In this document: piece after piece, positions 29,045-38,270 of the stretch
Numbering within the stretch: position 1 is the first letter of the stretch
Layout: each line of letters starts with the position of its first letter
Source of the DNA: a virus
Direction: 5' to 3' (one strand)
Length of the DNA stretch: 64,000 nt
IMG/VR virus record: IMGVR_UViG_3300045971_000409
Span: 13,349 to 77,348 of that record
The notes under the pieces: model-generated
Database searches by the model: none
What the model saw: only the letters and a program-made list of their open reading frames with translations
Told to the model about the DNA's origin: nothing
Program-made: the position numbers and the translations under genes

Positions 29045-29491
29045 ATGCAAGATAGAAACGCCTCATGGAGTGCCTGGTATAAGAAAAATTCGCAAAAGTA
29101 TAACGCCCAGCGTAAAGCTCGATACCACACGGACCCTGAGTACCGGGAGAAGATTCAAACCATAGCCCGAGAAAGTAAACGAGTACGGACGGCCAAACTA
29201 GAAGGCTCAGTCTTTCGAGTATGGGATGGTAAGCGTATCCTTGTCCACCGTATAGGGGCTATTGCCGTGGCGGCCGGAGTAAATGTAGACTTCATTCGTC
29301 GCTTGGAGGAGAATGGTACCATCCCCAAACCTTCGTTCTCTGGCACCCAACGAGTGTACACGCAGTCTCAGGCTGATCTGATTCGCACGCTGGCTTACAA
29401 GTTGAAAACCACTTCGTCTCGCAAACTGTTTGCGAGCATTTGCTCCCAAGAGAGCATCAAAATCAAGGCCCAATGGCTTAAAGAAATTTGA
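29045..29491 (+). CDS. MerR-like HTH DNA-binding protein
   Basis: RIGAIAVAAGVNVDFIRRLEENGTIPKP...RVYT; RBS AAGGAGG. Confidence 0.75.
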   Translation: MQDRNASWSAWYKKNSQKYNAQRKARYHTDPEYREKIQTIARESKRVRTAKLEGSVFRVWDGKRILVHRIGAIAVAAGVNVDFIRRLEENGTIPKPSFSGTQRVYTQSQADLIRTLAYKLKTTSSRKLFASICSQESIKIKAQWLKEI

Positions 29492-29516
29492 GCCCAACCC
29501 AGAGGAGGACATTGTT

Positions 29517-29876
29517 ATGGCAATCGTAAAAGGCGCAGCAAAACCGGTAGCGGCCCCACCCGTAGCGAACATCGAAACGGCCCAGGCCAAGGTAAACACC
29601 ACCGTTGTGGAGAAATCCGGGGCCGTGGAAACCAGTGTCACGGAAGCAAATGAGCCCGTGGGGGACGTAATTGTCTCTGCGGAACCCATGGCCAATGTCG
29701 GCATCGGTCTGTCTGTAACCCGTAATCTCGGGGACTACAACTCCATCAAGATGTCGGTGGATATCCACATCCCCTGCGCGGCCACCGAAGAGGGCATCCA
29801 GGAAGCCTACGAAGTCGGCAAGGCTTTCGTGGAAGACAAACTGAATGGTCTCATTGTCGAGAACTGCGGCGAGTAG
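29517..29876 (+). CDS. Hypothetical protein
   Basis: RBS GAGGAGG; TRNLGDYNSIK motif. Confidence 0.65.
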   Translation: MAIVKGAAKPVAAPPVANIETAQAKVNTTVVEKSGAVETSVTEANEPVGDVIVSAEPMANVGIGLSVTRNLGDYNSIKMSVDIHIPCAATEEGIQEAYEVGKAFVEDKLNGLIVENCGE

Positions 29877-29915
29877 GGTAAGGTAGCTGGCTTAGAACGA
29901 CGATGCCAGTACCCC

Positions 29916-30040
29916 AGGGGGGCAGTCATTGAGGGGCATTGATAGGACGTGTTATATAGGACAGTCGGGGGCTGCGCTCCTGCACACAAAGGTTCGAGTC
30001 CTTTAGCCCGTGTAGATGTAGTGACCTGAGCTGCCCCCCT
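29916..30040 (+). ncRNA. Candidate structured RNA with a tRNA-like T-arm
   Basis: 10-bp terminal stem AGGGGGGCAG/CTGCCCCCCT; T-arm AAAGG-TTCGAGT-CCTTT stacked on GGGCT/AGCCC. Confidence 0.5.
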
Positions 30041-30043
30041 TTA

Positions 30044-30061
30044 TTTGCAATTAATTGCACA
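30044..30061. promoter_or_regulatory. 18-bp palindrome copy 6, just before the recA RBS
   Basis: TTTGCAATTAATTGCACA. Confidence 0.85.
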
Positions 30062-30076
30062 CACCAGAGGTGACGT

Positions 30077-31156
30077 ATGGCAGTTCTCGCAGTAGAGCAA
30101 CCCAAGAAGGCCAAGGAATTCAAAGCAGATGAACTTATCAAGTCCTTCACCAAGAACATGGGGAAGGGCATCGTTTCTCTCGGCGGGCATCTGGTAGATA
30201 TTGAGCGTCTACCCACCGGAGTATTCCCTTTCGATCTGGCTTCGGGTGGGGGCTTCCCTCTCGGCAAAATAGCCATTGTTTACGGACCCGAATCCAGCGG
30301 TAAGACCAACCTTCTACTCAGGGCTATGGCCATGTTCCAGTTCATCGCCCCCCACCTATCTATCGTATTCGTTGACCTGGAGCATGCCTGGGACCCGGTG
30401 TGGGCTGTTCTCATGGGGGTAGATGCCTCCAAGATTATTGTCATTCGCCCCGAGTATGCAGAACAAGCTGTGGATATCGTGGAAGGATTCATGCAGGCCG
30501 TGGATATTGGTCTGGTGGTTGTGGATTCTATCTCCGCATTCATCACGGAAAATGAATCAGCCTCGTCGGCGGAAAAAGCCATAGTCGGGGGTTCTGCGGG
30601 GGTAGTTGGTAAGCTCCTGCGGAAAACAGTTGCCGTACAGAGTCGCATGGCTATACTGGAACGATACCCCACCCTTCTCTGCACCAGTCAGACCCGCATG
30701 AAAATTGGGGTACTTCATGGTGACCCGGAAACCATGACTGGTGGACAGGCCCCCAAGTTCTACTCCTCCATGACTACTCGCTTGTATGGTAAGAACATCG
30801 TGGAAAAAGCTATCAACCCGAATCTCCCTGCCTACAAAGAGACCAGCATCATCATCAAGAAATGGAAAGTACCTATCGTGGCTACGGCTGCATCGTACCA
30901 GATGAACATGATACCATGCCCCTCCGGTCCTGTCGGCTTTGTGGATGATTGGGCCACAGTCCAAACCTACGCCAAGAACTATGGTATCTTCGCCAAGGCA
31001 GATAAAGGGCCAGGATGGAAAGTAGGCACCACCCTATTCCCCACACTGGATGCTATACGCTCCCAAATGGACCTGGACCCTCACTATCGCAATGCCATTC
31101 GAGAAGAGATTTGCTCATTGGCACTGCAAGACCACACAGTAGCCCCCCAATCCTGA
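30077..31156 (+). CDS. recA: RecA/UvsX-like recombinase
   Basis: GGGFPLGKI..YGPESSGKT; FVDLEHA; VVVDS; QTRMKIG...GDPETMTGG..KFYSS. Confidence 0.93.
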   Translation: MAVLAVEQPKKAKEFKADELIKSFTKNMGKGIVSLGGHLVDIERLPTGVFPFDLASGGGFPLGKIAIVYGPESSGKTNLLLRAMAMFQFIAPHLSIVFVDLEHAWDPVWAVLMGVDASKIIVIRPEYAEQAVDIVEGFMQAVDIGLVVVDSISAFITENESASSAEKAIVGGSAGVVGKLLRKTVAVQSRMAILERYPTLLCTSQTRMKIGVLHGDPETMTGGQAPKFYSSMTTRLYGKNIVEKAINPNLPAYKETSIIIKKWKVPIVATAASYQMNMIPCPSGPVGFVDDWATVQTYAKNYGIFAKADKGPGWKVGTTLFPTLDAIRSQMDLDPHYRNAIREEICSLALQDHTVAPQS

Positions 31157-31515
31157 TGGCCAGGGACCATACAGCCAAGTTTTTTGGTGGGACGGGGCAA
31201 CACGAACACGGCCAACGCTCAGAGAAGAGACTGGCCAAATCCTTTCAAGCCCGGCTTACCCCCGCCTCGGGGGCTCTGTCTGGGGCCAAGAGCGATTTCG
31301 TGTTGCCCTCGTTTCGTTTCGAGGCCAAGTCAACCGTCAACAACAGCTTCTCCGTAAAGCTCGAAGTACTGGAAAAGATTACGCGGGAAGCAATGGAGAC
31401 CAATCGGGAGCCGGTAGTAACCGTATCCTTTGTCACAGGCAATGGACAACCCAGACTATTCGGTGACTGGGTACTCATCCCTCAACACGTCTTCCGAGAA
31501 CTCACCGAGGAGTAA
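31156..31515 (+). CDS. PD-(D/E)XK nuclease, Holliday-junction-resolvase-like
   Basis: SEKRLAK...PASGA...KSD...FEAKST. Confidence 0.75.
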   Translation: MARDHTAKFFGGTGQHEHGQRSEKRLAKSFQARLTPASGALSGAKSDFVLPSFRFEAKSTVNNSFSVKLEVLEKITREAMETNREPVVTVSFVTGNGQPRLFGDWVLIPQHVFRELTEE

Positions 31516-31517
31516 GC

Positions 31518-32432
31518 ATGCCCATCCACTTCGTCAAGAAATTTGCGCCCGAAGCCACCATATCCCTGAAAGGACTTCTCCACTCGGAGATTGCAGGCTT
31601 TGAGAACGCACGCTGTCATAAGACTCTCCATGCCTCTGATGTTACGCGGGAAGAAAAAGAATTCTGTCCGCGGGAATTTGCTCTGATGGATATGACCGGG
31701 AAGAAACCCAAAGGTCAGTTTATCGGTACCTCCCTTCGCACTACCTTCGATTCAGGAGATGCCCTCAGTGATTTGGTACGGGAAAAATGGCTTCGTCGTC
31801 ATGCCGTGGGCTCGTGGCGTTGCTTGAAGTGCGGAGTAATCCACAGCTTCTGTCTAGTACCAACCAAATGCGGGATAGAAAACTGCAACTCCCGGCTGTT
31901 CAAGTATAAGGAAGAGGTATTCATCAATCCTGTAACTGGACTCTCCGGCTCCCTTGACCTACTGGTAGCATTCCCCAAGGTACCCTTGCTCTTCATGGTG
32001 GAAGTAAAAACCATCGACAAAGACCAGTTCAAAGAATTACTGGTCCCTAAAGCAGAACACCGCACGAGGACCAATCTGTACCTGCGGCTTATCGAGAACT
32101 CTTTACACCCCAAGAAGCATCGCATAAATACCTCTAAGGCCGCCGTGCTTTACGTCTGCCGGGGTTTTGGGGTCAAGGACACTACTCTGCATGGCTTGGG
32201 AGTCAAAGACGCTGCATTTACCCCTTTCAAGGATTATTGGGTTAAGCGGGACGACGAGGAAACCGACTATCTTTGGGGTAGAGCTGCCCAGCTTCAAATC
32301 TTTCGTAAGCATGGAATCATCCCCGGTCGTATATGCCCTTCGTTCATGTGCAAGCGGGCACAGGGCTGTAACATGACCCATGAGTGTTTTACCGACCAGT
32401 ACCCCCCTGATTATACGTGGTCCTTCACCTAA
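31518..32432 (+). CDS. Cas4/RecB-like PD-(D/E)XK exonuclease
   Basis: HASD..CPR; GSLD; EVKT; C-terminal C-x4-C-x5-C-x5-C cluster. Confidence 0.8.
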   Translation: MPIHFVKKFAPEATISLKGLLHSEIAGFENARCHKTLHASDVTREEKEFCPREFALMDMTGKKPKGQFIGTSLRTTFDSGDALSDLVREKWLRRHAVGSWRCLKCGVIHSFCLVPTKCGIENCNSRLFKYKEEVFINPVTGLSGSLDLLVAFPKVPLLFMVEVKTIDKDQFKELLVPKAEHRTRTNLYLRLIENSLHPKKHRINTSKAAVLYVCRGFGVKDTTLHGLGVKDAAFTPFKDYWVKRDDEETDYLWGRAAQLQIFRKHGIIPGRICPSFMCKRAQGCNMTHECFTDQYPPDYTWSFT

Positions 32433-32441
32433 AGAATAATA

Positions 32442-32470
32442 TTGACAAAACTAGCAATATAACATATACT
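32442..32470 (+). promoter_or_regulatory. Sigma70-type promoter (TTGACAAAACT class)
   Basis: TTGACA-N17-TATACT. Confidence 0.85.
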
Positions 32471-33878
32471 CATACTATACACACACTACAAGGAGGTACC
32501 TAATGCCTTATACAGAGAAATGGTGGCTACTCGTCTTCGTAACTTATTTGGGAGGGGAAGTATATGGTCAAATGCTTTGGGACTCTTCCCTTACTTGTTG
32601 GATATTGGGTCATAAGGGTTCCATTTTAGTAGCGGCCCACCCCCTCACCCGACAAGAGTACCAAATCATATTTAAGGAGTGGGGTGGATCGGAGGGGCCA
32701 TGCCTATAATCATAAAAAAAGGCGTAGTATCTCTATCCAAAGTAAAAGAGCTACTCCAAGAGATTACAGTCCCCAAACCCCCACCCGACTTGAAAATGCT
32801 TTGCGCTGGGGTAGGTAAACCGGTCGGTCCTGATTGGGTCATGACCCCCTGGGGTGCTTGGTGCCCTGTGTGTGGCTATAGAAGCTACTGGAATCTGGCG
32901 GCTCGTATCCATATAGGATTATCCGTTAATTGTCCCGTTATGGATTGCACCGCCCAACTTGTAGACCCTATTACGGAGAGCAAGTCATGACTGATTACAT
33001 TCGACCATCAGGGCTAGGCACTATGAATTACCGTAATATTGCCTTAGCCATCGCCTGCGGGGCTCTCATTGAGGTAGAAAAAGAAGTTCAATCTCATAGT
33101 GCTATAGGCAGGGCGGCCAACAAAGCCAACGAGGCATTAGCCAAGGTACTGCAACTACTTCCAGATCGAATGAGTACTGAGGAAGTAGTTGCGGCCGGTA
33201 AACTCTTCTTCGTTATGGAAGCCCTTATCATCCACGCTAAGTCTGATGAATTTGCGGACATGGTAAAAGAAACTGCCAAGATTTTATGTAAGTGCAAAGA
33301 CTGCGGATATAAGGGTAACAAAGAGCACTGCAAGACCTGTAACGATACACACTATCATGGGGGGTGGGGGCCAAAATGGGACGATTCAAAGTAGAGGTAG
33401 AAAACAGTCGCTTTGATTTATACGAGGAAAGCATAACAGGTACCTGTATTGTTCGTCATAATGAAAAATTCATTACGGCAGTACTTCTACAGGAGAAAGC
33501 AGATAAGAAGGAAGCGTTCTCCTACCCCTATTTTGAGGATTATGATTGGGATGAAAAAATGGTTGTAAATCAGTAGGTTATCAGTTAGTCTAGGCGGGTG
33601 CCCCGGTATATGCTGCGCGTTACCGGGTTGCCCTCCTGGACTTACCCCCCACGGAGGGCCTTTTTTATGGTAGAACAAGAAGGAATACTGGCCAAAGTAT
33701 ACACCCGATCTTACAGCAATAAACTTTGCAAGGTAAAAAGCACCCACTGGTTTTATACCAATGATCTAAAAGAAGTTCATATCCAAATGGGCCGGGCAGG
33801 GTATGACATATCCCGGTACGAAGTAGAACCTTTCTACTATACAGCTACCCCCGAGCGAAAGTTCCTGCCGGTAGATCG

Positions 33879-33896
33879 CGTGCAATCAATTGCACA
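33879..33896. promoter_or_regulatory. 18-bp palindrome copy 7, intragenic
   Basis: CGTGCAATCAATTGCACA. Confidence 0.8.
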
Positions 33897-34319
33897 CGTT
33901 TTACACGAAGGGGGAGTACCTATCTATGGATAACCCCATTGCAGTATGGATTGTTAGGCTGGATGCCGATTGCCCTGGCTGTGGTGACTCCGTAGACCTT
34001 ACTGATGCTTCTGATTTTTGGGATGCAGACAATCATATCCAACCTGCGGAAACTCGTTATGATTACGAAGTAGTATGCCCCAGGTGCGGACACGAATTCA
34101 AAGTTGACACACTATACTGAGTCGTGCTACTAGGTAATTCCATGATACATCCAGAACTGCCATTCTATCTGTACCCACGATGGGCACGTAAAGCTGCCGA
34201 AAGGAAGTACGCACATGCAGATTCCACCCTCAACTCCGTTGCCCACGCTATGCGAGCCTATGCCCGAGAACTTGTGGATAAAGAAACTTCTAAACGAGAC
34301 TCTAAGATTGGAAGTCGGC

Positions 34320-34721
34320 ATGTCATTTTATGATCGACTCCGAGGCTGGCTGACTGAAACGGTTTGGAAAGGTCACACTCGCCCCCAAGAGTGGGTCATT
34401 CGCCAGGAGAAGATCAAAGAGGAGGACCGGGAAGCCCAAGAGGCTATGTCCAACTTTGAGATGTGCCCTACCGAGGCCAACAAGATAGCCCTCATCAAAG
34501 AGGTGAGTGATAAAATCATCGCTTCTCTGGCTATGATTGAATTCCTGGGGGTGCGAAGCGAGGTAGCCCTGGGTCTGGTGCTGGACAACAATATCAAGCG
34601 GGCAGAGTGCGGTGGGATGTCTGATGGCATCTACCTCCACAGTCCTGAGGATAAAATGGCCTTCAAGATTCAAATCCACGAAGAATTATCCGCGGCCTCA
34701 AGAAATACCTTGCAAGTTTAA
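34320..34721 (+). CDS. MazG-like all-alpha NTP pyrophosphohydrolase
   Basis: KIKEEDREAQEA and LIKEVSD acidic motifs, then NNIKR; start at 34320 is a best guess. Confidence 0.6.
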   Translation: MSFYDRLRGWLTETVWKGHTRPQEWVIRQEKIKEEDREAQEAMSNFEMCPTEANKIALIKEVSDKIIASLAMIEFLGVRSEVALGLVLDNNIKRAECGGMSDGIYLHSPEDKMAFKIQIHEELSAASRNTLQV

Positions 34722-34738
34722 AAGGAATATCCTATACT
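34710..34738 (+). promoter_or_regulatory. Sigma70-type promoter of the dikinase operon
   Basis: TTGCAA-N17-TATACT; SD hairpin TACACGGAGGTA at 34766-34777. Confidence 0.75.
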
Positions 34739-34785
34739 TACACTATAAACATTCACCAGCGACACTACACGGAGGTAATTGACTA

Positions 34786-36918
34786 ATGCAACCCAAGAAG
34801 CTGTACAGTACTATTACCGAAGGCGATCTTTTCGAGACCATGAATCTCGGAGAGGCCAAAGAGTTATTGGGGGGCAAGGCTTCCGGCCTGTTCGTCATGA
34901 CTCAACTCGGTATCCCTGTACCCCCCGCAATGACTATCCCAACCGTAGAATGTATCAAGTTCTTATCTGAGGCAAAGGAAGAGTCAGTACAGACCAGACT
35001 CAATTTTCTGGTAGATGAAGTCCTCACCGCGATAAAGACCGATATCGTTCCGCAGTTCGGATACACCCCGTTGTTCTCCGTTCGTTCCGGGGCTCGGGTG
35101 TCAATGCCAGGTATGATGGATACCATTCTCAACGTGGGACTGACCCCGGATACCTTGGAAGAGTGGTTTCCGCGTATCGGGGAGTGGGCCTCCTGGGATA
35201 GCTACCGTCGCCTCATTCAGATGATGGCTTCTGTGGCCCTTGAAGTTCCGATGTCTCAGTTTGAAGAGGCCCTCACGGACGCGAAAAAAGAAGAGAATGT
35301 GACTGAGGATACCGCCCTTTCAGTATCCGCCCTTCGCAAACTGGTTATCCGTTACAAGAAACTGGTCAAGGCCCATACCGGTAACGATTTCCCCACCACC
35401 CTTCGGGGGCAGTTATTGCTGGCCATCAAGTCGGTATTTCAATCGTGGGACAACCCCCGCGCCCATACGTACCGCGCATTGAACAATATCCCCTACGATT
35501 GGGGCACCGCGGTAACAGTACAAGCCATGGTCTTCGGAAATCGTAACGAGCAGTCTTGCTCTGGTGTTCTCTTCACCCGAGACCCATCCACCGGGGATGA
35601 TAATCTGGTAGGGGAGTTCCTACCTAACGCCCAGGGTGAGGACGTTGTTGCGGGAATCAGAACCCCTCTGCCCTTTGACGAACTGGAAAAATGGAACCCC
35701 AAGGTATGTTCTGACTTGAAGGCCGTCGCTGTTCGACTGGAAGATCACTACCGGGACATGCAAGACATAGAGTTCACGGTAGAGAATGGAAAGTTATATA
35801 TCCTCCAGACCCGTAATGCCAAGCGATCACCAGAAGCAGCTCTCAGGGTAGCGGTAGACATGTACCACGATGAGCTGATTACTCTGTCTGATGTATCTCG
35901 AAGGCTCACCCCGGAATTGCTCTTGGGGTCCGACCACGTCAGTATCGACCCGGCTTATACGGGAAAACCTGCGGGGGTGGGCATCCCTGGGGGTGGTACC
36001 ATCGTCAGTGGTGTCGCGGTATATACCTCTGAGGAAGCTATCGCCTGCAAAGAGCCCTGCATCCTGGTCTCCAAGGAAACTACCCCCGATGATATTGGGG
36101 GGATGCACGCCGCAGTGGGTATTCTCACCGCAACTGGGGGCTTAACTTCTCACGCGGCCGTGGTGGCTCGGGGTATGGGTAAAACCTGCGTCGTCGGTTG
36201 TGGGGACCTGGGTAAAATCGGCTTTGTGTGGAAACTGGGAGAGACCCTGCTCCCCAAGAATGAATGGCTAACCATCAACGGTCTCACGGGGGAAGTATGG
36301 AAGGGGAAGGTACCACTGGTGACCAAGGGCATCAGTCCTGCGGCCCAGCAGATAATAAGTATTCTGACCAAGGGTTATTCTCCGTTACTACTGGATGGGA
36401 CCTTCGACTCACGCTTACGACTACCTTCGGTATGTGTGACCCCCGCCATAACGAGTACCAACCTGAGACACGCGGCCCTACAGCATGATACAGTAGTTAT
36501 CAATGGTACCGCCACAGTGAAACAACTGCATGTCGAAGACGATAAAGTACTCTCTGAATTGTTTAGTATTGATATCGCGGCCAGGGCTGAATATCAGGCT
36601 ATAGGGGCAAAATTGAAGCAACTGCACACTTTAACTGCCCCAGACGTGGCAATTTATGTTACAGTACCCCCCGACTCAGGCATTAATGTCAAGGATATGC
36701 CCAAGTTTAAAACGGTGCCTTCCGCCAATACGATAACCGATATCCTGAACTCGTCGGGATTGGTTGAATTACCCGCGGACACCTGTAAGACTTTATTCGA
36801 GGACCAGACGGGATTGCAATTGTTCCTAGATATGGCTGAAATGGCTGGCCGTAAGTTTAATATCCTACCCCCGGCTCAAACGTACACCGAGTTTATCCAC
36901 CGCGTTTTGGGAGAGTAA
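34786..36918 (+). CDS. PPDK-derived dikinase: ATP-grasp and phospho-His domains plus an unrelated ~195-aa C-terminal domain
   Basis: GGKA, SVRSGARVSMPGMMDTILNVGL, NAQGEDVVAGIRTP, DMQDIEFT, GGLTSHAAVVARG (His456). No motifs of the PEP/pyruvate TIM barrel are visible. Confidence 0.9.
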   Translation: MQPKKLYSTITEGDLFETMNLGEAKELLGGKASGLFVMTQLGIPVPPAMTIPTVECIKFLSEAKEESVQTRLNFLVDEVLTAIKTDIVPQFGYTPLFSVRSGARVSMPGMMDTILNVGLTPDTLEEWFPRIGEWASWDSYRRLIQMMASVALEVPMSQFEEALTDAKKEENVTEDTALSVSALRKLVIRYKKLVKAHTGNDFPTTLRGQLLLAIKSVFQSWDNPRAHTYRALNNIPYDWGTAVTVQAMVFGNRNEQSCSGVLFTRDPSTGDDNLVGEFLPNAQGEDVVAGIRTPLPFDELEKWNPKVCSDLKAVAVRLEDHYRDMQDIEFTVENGKLYILQTRNAKRSPEAALRVAVDMYHDELITLSDVSRRLTPELLLGSDHVSIDPAYTGKPAGVGIPGGGTIVSGVAVYTSEEAIACKEPCILVSKETTPDDIGGMHAAVGILTATGGLTSHAAVVARGMGKTCVVGCGDLGKIGFVWKLGETLLPKNEWLTINGLTGEVWKGKVPLVTKGISPAAQQIISILTKGYSPLLLDGTFDSRLRLPSVCVTPAITSTNLRHAALQHDTVVINGTATVKQLHVEDDKVLSELFSIDIAARAEYQAIGAKLKQLHTLTAPDVAIYVTVPPDSGINVKDMPKFKTVPSANTITDILNSSGLVELPADTCKTLFEDQTGLQLFLDMAEMAGRKFNILPPAQTYTEFIHRVLGE

Positions 36919-36919
36919 T

Positions 36920-37234
36920 ATGGCATTGATATTGGGATTAAAAAAGGGATGTTCCATGTACATAGGTGACACACGGGTCACCCTACACACGATTATAGGC
37001 CCCGAGGCGTTCCGCATCCAGGTATTCCAGAACAAGAAGAAACCCCACTACCTGCCCATAACCGGGGAAGAGAGTACAGAAATACTCCCTTCGGTATTTG
37101 TGTCTGCGGGCAACGGGGATTTAGAGACCGCACGGGTAGTAGTTGATGCCCCCCGCAGCATCACCATCCTTCGGGAAGGCCCGTACAAAAGGCATATCAA
37201 TGGACAGACGTCAAAACTACCGCTTCACGAATAG
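36920..37234 (+). CDS. CsrA/RsmA-like RNA-binding protein, apparently two fused half-units
   Basis: LILGLKKGCSMYIGDTRVTL..IGPEAFRIQV resembles CsrA LILTRRVGETLMIGDEVTV..VKGNQVRIGV; ARVVVDAPRSITILRE resembles VRIGVNAPKEVSVHRE. Confidence 0.72.
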   Translation: MALILGLKKGCSMYIGDTRVTLHTIIGPEAFRIQVFQNKKKPHYLPITGEESTEILPSVFVSAGNGDLETARVVVDAPRSITILREGPYKRHINGQTSKLPLHE

Positions 37235-37667
37235 TGCTTTACGACAAGCCGAAGAGTTATTCGGGGTCCTCAGTTTAGAGGACTTGCAGCACAAAATGGA
37301 GTTCTCAGCCCGAGTAACCCACGCCCACGGCAACCGACGCTTTCACAACTACGTCTTCAATTTAGTAGGGGATGATTTAGTGACAGGAATCTACAGGTAT
37401 ATCGCGGGTGTGCATAAAAAGCAGGAAGGATGCCCTGTATGTGGGGGCTCCAAAAAATTGATTGTTTATGATGTGTGCGACTGTGTCTACAACCCACCAC
37501 AAGGAGAATGTAAACTATGCAAGGGAATGAAGGAAGTAAAAACGGAACATACCTGCACCTATTGCGGGTCGGATTCAAAGCCTTCAAGGATGGACTGCGC
37601 GAGGCCAAGAGAAGCTACTACGCGGGACAAGTTGAGAGCGTTCCAGCAGAGTTACAACCGGCGGTAA
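37200..37667 (+). CDS. Zn-finger protein (DnaJ-like CxxCxGxK repeats)
   Basis: CPVCGGSK, CDC, CKLCKGMK, CTYCGS. Confidence 0.65.
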   Translation: MDRRQNYRFTNSALRQAEELFGVLSLEDLQHKMEFSARVTHAHGNRRFHNYVFNLVGDDLVTGIYRYIAGVHKKQEGCPVCGGSKKLIVYDVCDCVYNPPQGECKLCKGMKEVKTEHTCTYCGSDSKPSRMDCARPREATTRDKLRAFQQSYNRR

Positions 37668-37729
37668 GCAACGCGGACCTTAAGGCTATCCAGCGCAAGG
37701 CTCTGCTACACACCCTGGTCAAAGGTACT

Positions 37730-38179
37730 ATGGATTTTCAGTTGGGTTCCATCAAAGGTACGATATACGGGGGCCCTTATCGTAGCAAGCCTTCTGATAT
37801 TATTCACGGGGTCAACATGGCCAAGGAAATCAAGGCTCACGCCACTATCTATGTGCCTACCGTGGATTTTAGTATCCCCGACTCGAATACCTTTCTGCTT
37901 GGCCTCATTCGTGGGGTGTTGGTTCTCAGGGAGCACGGGGAGATTTACGTGGGCTGTATGGGTGGTATCGGGCGCACCGGACTCTATCTCGGGGGCCTTG
38001 CCAAGATTATGTACTTGGCGGGAGAACTGGACGTAACCCCGGACGGACAACTCGCCCCCTATGTGAAGTACGTACGGGATAATTATTATGGCCACGCCAT
38101 AGAAACTATTGAACAACTGGATTTCCTGGCCCGGTTGGATGTGAGTGGTATCACCAAAGAATTACACTCCATAGCCTAG
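37730..38179 (+). CDS. Cys-based PTP/dual-specificity phosphatase 1
   Basis: CX5R loop GCMGGIGRTG; general-acid PTVDFSIP; ETIEQ. The start is uncertain because the frame is open from 37517. Confidence 0.85.
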   Translation: MDFQLGSIKGTIYGGPYRSKPSDIIHGVNMAKEIKAHATIYVPTVDFSIPDSNTFLLGLIRGVLVLREHGEIYVGCMGGIGRTGLYLGGLAKIMYLAGELDVTPDGQLAPYVKYVRDNYYGHAIETIEQLDFLARLDVSGITKELHSIA

Positions 38180-38197
38180 CTATCCTACAAGAATTTC

Positions 38198-38226
38198 TTG
38201 CAAAATCACGTGGGAATCTATATACT
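38198..38226 (+). promoter_or_regulatory. Sigma70-type promoter
   Basis: TTGCAA-N17-TATACT. Confidence 0.75.
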
Positions 38227-38270
38227 TACACTATATAAATTCCCACGTGGTACTTACAGGGAGGTAAACG

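Noticed and set aside
29940-30015. Canonical tRNA gene
   Set aside because: A T-arm is present, but I could not build a D-arm, an anticodon arm, a 7-bp acceptor stem or a CCA end.
31518-32432. CRISPR-Cas adaptation module
   Set aside because: The Cas4-like nuclease is solo in a recombination operon; there is no cas1, cas2 or array.
34786-36918. Annotation as a canonical ppdK auxiliary metabolic gene
   Set aside because: The pyruvate/PEP-binding C-terminal domain is missing, and I saw no frameshifted remainder in the downstream ORFs.
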